Positions 60,594 to 64,000 of a stretch of 64,000 nt of DNA are shown in pieces (the first letter of the stretch is position 1; each line of letters begins with the position of its first letter). Source of the DNA: Firmicutes bacterium CAG:884. GTDB taxonomy: Bacteria; Bacillota_I; Bacilli_A; RF39; UBA660. The position numbers and the translations under genes were made by a program. The DNA lies in assembly GCA_000433875.1 (NCBI GenBank), contig HF993331.1, positions 1,868 to 65,867 on the forward strand, written 5' to 3'. Below the pieces are notes generated by a model, which had not been told where the DNA came from, ran no database searches, and worked only from the letters and a program-made list of their open reading frames with translations.

Positions 60594-62165
60594 ATGAATA
60601 AAACCGGATATGCATCGGTTGATAAACCGTGGTTAAATAAGAAAAAATATAATAATGTTGTACCAGATGTCAATATGACATTATATAATTTTTTATATGA
60701 ATCAAACAAAAACAATTTAGATGATGTCGCCTTAATATATGATGCATCAGTTGATGTTGCTCCGACAAAAATAACATATAGAAAATTATTTGAAATGATT
60801 GATTTGTGTGCTAGAAGTTATGCTAGTATAGGTGTAAAAAAAGGAGATATTGTTACAGTTTCTCTTCCGAGCTCTATAGAAAATATCGTAAGCTTTTATG
60901 CTTTAAATAAAATAGGAGCAGTAACTAACCAAATACATCCCCAAGTAAGTCAAGATGAACTTGACTTTTATCTAGAAGAAGCAGAATCTAGTATCTTTGT
61001 TGGATACGGAAATATTAGAGAAAAAATAGATAAACTAAATTACAAAGGGTTAAAAAATGTTATAATTGTTGACTTAAAAGATAAAATTAAAGCAATAAGT
61101 AAAATTAAACTATTAATAAAATCATTAAAAACAAAAAAATTAAAAGAATTAAAAAAAGAAAAATTGAATAATGATATGTATATGTATTTTGATGATTTTA
61201 TGAAACAAGGTTTAAAATACGAAGATTTAAATATTAACTATGATGGCACATTACTTGCGACACTTACTCATACAAGTGGAACATCAGGCAAATCAAAAGC
61301 AGTAATGACAGATTCAATTGCTTTTAATAGTTCAGTATGTTCAATAATGAAAGAAACGAATCTATTTAAAAGACACGATAAAGAATTACTTGCACTTCCA
61401 CCATTTCCTCTTTATATATTAAATAATGTAGTTCATTTATCTTTATCAGTCGGAATTGAGCTTGTTGTTGTACCAAAAATAAATTATGATTGTTTAAGTG
61501 ATTATTTTAAAAAGTATCAATTAAATCACATAAAAGGTATTCCGTTTATTATGCAAAAAATAGTTAATGATAAAGGATTTGACAACATTAAATTAAATAA
61601 GTTTAAGTTTTTAATATCAGGTGGTGGAAAACTTACAAATGAAACAGAAGTAAATGACTTTTTAAAAAATCACGGATGTAAATATAAAATCGCGAATGGT
61701 TATGGAATGTCAGAAGTAGGTGGATGTGCAACCTGTATGTTTGATAACACTTTTGAGTTTGGAACCGTTGGCCGACCATTAATAGGATATGATGCTAAAA
61801 TAATGAATTTTGATGGAAATGAAGAAATTAAATATACATCAAACGAAAATGGTGAAATATGGCTTGGTGGTCCTGGTGTAATGCAAGGATATTATAAAAA
61901 CGAAAACGAAACATCAAAAGTTATGGTAATTGATTCTGATAATAAAAGATGGATTAAAACAGGAGATTTAGGAAGAATAACTGATGAAGGAAACATAAAA
62001 GTCATTGGTAGAATAAAAAGAATGACCTTCATATTTGATTCTAGTACAAATACTGCATCAAAAGTAAGCCACGATTATGTTGAAAGTTATGAAAATGGAA
62101 ATAGAGATAACCCTAAAATGAAGGTACTATATAAAAGGAAAGTAAAAGGAAATAGATATGATTAA
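60594..62165 (+). CDS. AMP-dependent synthetase/ligase (ANL superfamily), paralog 2
   Basis: LTHTSGTSGKSKAV, GYGMSEVGG, WIKTGDLGRITDEGNIKVIGRIK. Confidence 0.7.
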   Translation: MNKTGYASVDKPWLNKKKYNNVVPDVNMTLYNFLYESNKNNLDDVALIYDASVDVAPTKITYRKLFEMIDLCARSYASIGVKKGDIVTVSLPSSIENIVSFYALNKIGAVTNQIHPQVSQDELDFYLEEAESSIFVGYGNIREKIDKLNYKGLKNVIIVDLKDKIKAISKIKLLIKSLKTKKLKELKKEKLNNDMYMYFDDFMKQGLKYEDLNINYDGTLLATLTHTSGTSGKSKAVMTDSIAFNSSVCSIMKETNLFKRHDKELLALPPFPLYILNNVVHLSLSVGIELVVVPKINYDCLSDYFKKYQLNHIKGIPFIMQKIVNDKGFDNIKLNKFKFLISGGGKLTNETEVNDFLKNHGCKYKIANGYGMSEVGGCATCMFDNTFEFGTVGRPLIGYDAKIMNFDGNEEIKYTSNENGEIWLGGPGVMQGYYKNENETSKVMVIDSDNKRWIKTGDLGRITDEGNIKVIGRIKRMTFIFDSSTNTASKVSHDYVESYENGNRDNPKMKVLYKRKVKGNRYD

Positions 62166-63924
62166 TAATTATGAAAAATATTATAGAAAAGAGCCAATAA
62201 AAGAATTCAATTTAAATCAAACCATGTATTCACTTGTAAAAAATGAAACTATTGGTAATGAAAAAGAATATGCAACAGGATTTATGGGTAATAATATGAC
62301 ATATGGTGAATTATTTAAGTTTGCCGATAATTTAGCAGCTGCTCTTTATAAAGAAGGAGTAAGAGAAGGAAAAACTGTAACAATATTAACAATAAATATG
62401 CCTGTAGTTCAAGAATGCTTATTAGCGCTTTCAAAACTAGGATGTACATCTTCTTGGATTGATTTAAGAGCAAAGGGAAAAGATTTAATAAAATATATCA
62501 ATTCCACATCAAGTGAAATTTTGATCGTTTTTGAAGACTTTGTTCCAATTGTAAATGATATTATAAATGAAACAAATGTAAAAAAAGTAATAGTATGTTC
62601 ACCGAAAGACTACTTGAATCCAGTTATAAAAGTACTTGCTAATATTAAAGATAAAAAAGAATGTAAAAAAATTATTTTACCTGATAAAAGATTCATAAAG
62701 ATGAAGAACTTTATAAAGAACTGTGAAAATGTAAATGTTTTCCCAGCAAGTTTTGAAAAAGATAGACCATCTCAAATTGTTCAATCAAGTGGAAGTACAG
62801 GAAAACCAAAACAAATAGTGCATACAGAATACAATTTTAATTCAGCTGTTCAAAAAATGGCATATACAGATTTACCATTCTATAAAGGAAATGCAATGCA
62901 TATTTCAGTACCGCCTTTTATAATATATGGACTTGGTAATTCAATATATGCAAGTATGGCATTCACAATGAAAGCAGAAATGAATCCATTTATTGATGAA
63001 AATACTGTATTTAATGATTTAGGAAAGTTTGATATTGCTTTAGCAGCACCACTTCATTATAGATATATTTATAATAAGTTATGTGATTTAGAAAAGGAAA
63101 TATCCACAGAAGTAGATAAAAGAAAATTAGAAAGTAAAATCAAACAATACAAAAAAATATTAGAAGGTTTAAAAAGAGTTCAAGCATTTGTATCTGGCGG
63201 AGATAAAATAAGTGCTGAAGAAATAATAGAAATGCAACAAAAGTTTAATACAATACTTATAAATGGTTATGGCAATAATGAAGATTTAGGTGCCGCTTTA
63301 GTAACACCAATGTTTGCTGGTAAACCAGGAAGCATAGGTATTCCAATGAAAGGCATTGATATAAAGATAGTTAATGAAAAAAACGAAGAAGTTAGCCAAG
63401 GTGAGTTGGGTGAATTAAAAATATCATCAGATAATTTATTTGTAAAATATCTAAATAATCCAATAGAAACAGCAAAAATAAAAGAAAAAGATGAAAATGG
63501 TAAGGAATGGGTAAAATCAGGTGATCTATGTTATATAGATAGTGATGGGTTTGTATTTACTAAAGGAAGAACTAGAAGAATGATAAAGAAAGATGCCTTT
63601 AAAATATGTCCTGATACCATAGAAGAAGTAATTATGAATTTACCTTTTATAAAAGAGTGTGTTGTTGTTGGAGTTAATGATCAAAAATCAATAAGTGTAC
63701 CAATGGCCTTTGTAGTAATAGATGAAAGTATTAATGATTTAGAAGAAATAAAAAGAATTATATTGGAAAAATGCACATTAGAGTTACCAGATTATGAAGT
63801 TCCAAGTTATGTGGAAGTTGTTTCTAAAATGCCATACACAAAGAATAATAAGTATAATTTTATAGAGCTTGAAAATATTGGTAATCAAATTGTAGAAAAT
63901 AATGTAAAAAAAATATTAAAATAA
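62158..63924 (+). CDS. AMP-dependent synthetase/ligase (ANL superfamily), paralog 3
   Basis: QSSGSTGKPKQI, WVKSGDLCYIDSDGFVFTKGRTRRMIK, MPYTKNNK. Confidence 0.7.
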   Translation: MINNYEKYYRKEPIKEFNLNQTMYSLVKNETIGNEKEYATGFMGNNMTYGELFKFADNLAAALYKEGVREGKTVTILTINMPVVQECLLALSKLGCTSSWIDLRAKGKDLIKYINSTSSEILIVFEDFVPIVNDIINETNVKKVIVCSPKDYLNPVIKVLANIKDKKECKKIILPDKRFIKMKNFIKNCENVNVFPASFEKDRPSQIVQSSGSTGKPKQIVHTEYNFNSAVQKMAYTDLPFYKGNAMHISVPPFIIYGLGNSIYASMAFTMKAEMNPFIDENTVFNDLGKFDIALAAPLHYRYIYNKLCDLEKEISTEVDKRKLESKIKQYKKILEGLKRVQAFVSGGDKISAEEIIEMQQKFNTILINGYGNNEDLGAALVTPMFAGKPGSIGIPMKGIDIKIVNEKNEEVSQGELGELKISSDNLFVKYLNNPIETAKIKEKDENGKEWVKSGDLCYIDSDGFVFTKGRTRRMIKKDAFKICPDTIEEVIMNLPFIKECVVVGVNDQKSISVPMAFVVIDESINDLEEIKRIILEKCTLELPDYEVPSYVEVVSKMPYTKNNKYNFIELENIGNQIVENNVKKILK

Positions 63925-64000
63925 AGTAAATGATGTACACATTTGCTTTTTTCGTGTTATACTTGATATATGAAGATGAGGGAGTAATATGGGTGCTAGT

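Noticed and set aside
1-64000. Alternative genetic code (TGA=Trp, Mollicutes-like) suggested by the extreme AT content
   Set aside because: Long housekeeping ORFs (dxs, rnj, P-type ATPase, glyQS) are full-length and end where expected under the standard code. No TGA-interrupted conserved domains were seen.
1-64000. CRISPR arrays or other long direct-repeat arrays
   Set aside because: No regularly spaced repeats were seen on reading. Only short local repeats occur (5490-5545).

Overview
This 64-kb window is a chromosomal segment from a very AT-rich, endospore-forming Firmicute (Clostridia or Erysipelotrichia-like). The standard genetic code applies, because long housekeeping ORFs are intact under it. 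Coding is dense and mostly on the plus strand.

Core genes recognised:
- Cell and spore envelope: ftsK (3' part), an LtaS-family synthase, spoIVA, a yunB-like gene, a VanY-type M15 peptidase and a D-Ala-D-Ala carboxypeptidase.
- DNA and replication: hup, cca, dnaD, nth, dinB, recO.
- tRNA modification and RNA turnover: queA, miaA, RNase J.
- SRP and translation: ftsY, ylxM, ffh, era, glyQS with a T-box leader, rpsU, yqeY.
- Metabolism and transport: dxs, a P-type ATPase, a NUDIX hydrolase, an ABC exporter trio, a LemA protein, ackA.
- Two homologous tRNA-Arg genes (TCT and CCT), each with its own promoter and terminator.

Accessory content with the most interest:
1. A HerA/DUF87-like ATPase sits 4 bp after ylxM, followed by an LPLAT acyltransferase and a histidine-less sensor-kinase-like protein with a receiver domain. 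Together they separate ylxM from ffh.
2. A compact island follows ffh. It holds a DpnM-like GATC Dam methyltransferase, an ATP-grasp-like protein, a NERD nuclease with a topoisomerase-type zinc ribbon and two ASCH-domain genes, one of them frameshifted. Beside it lies a decayed Fic gene split around its HPFxDGNGR motif by a rhuM pseudogene, and a CotD-like Cys/His-rich ORF.
3. A thioester-domain/Cna-B surface adhesin with a non-canonical sorting signal and its own small sortase.
4. An IS30-family transposase remnant abutting tRNA-Arg(CCT).
5. Three tandem adenylate-forming (ANL) ligase paralogs.
6. A candidate roughly 400-nt noncoding transcript between spoIVA and hup.

Three of the decayed genes are frameshifted exactly at 8-nt homopolymers.
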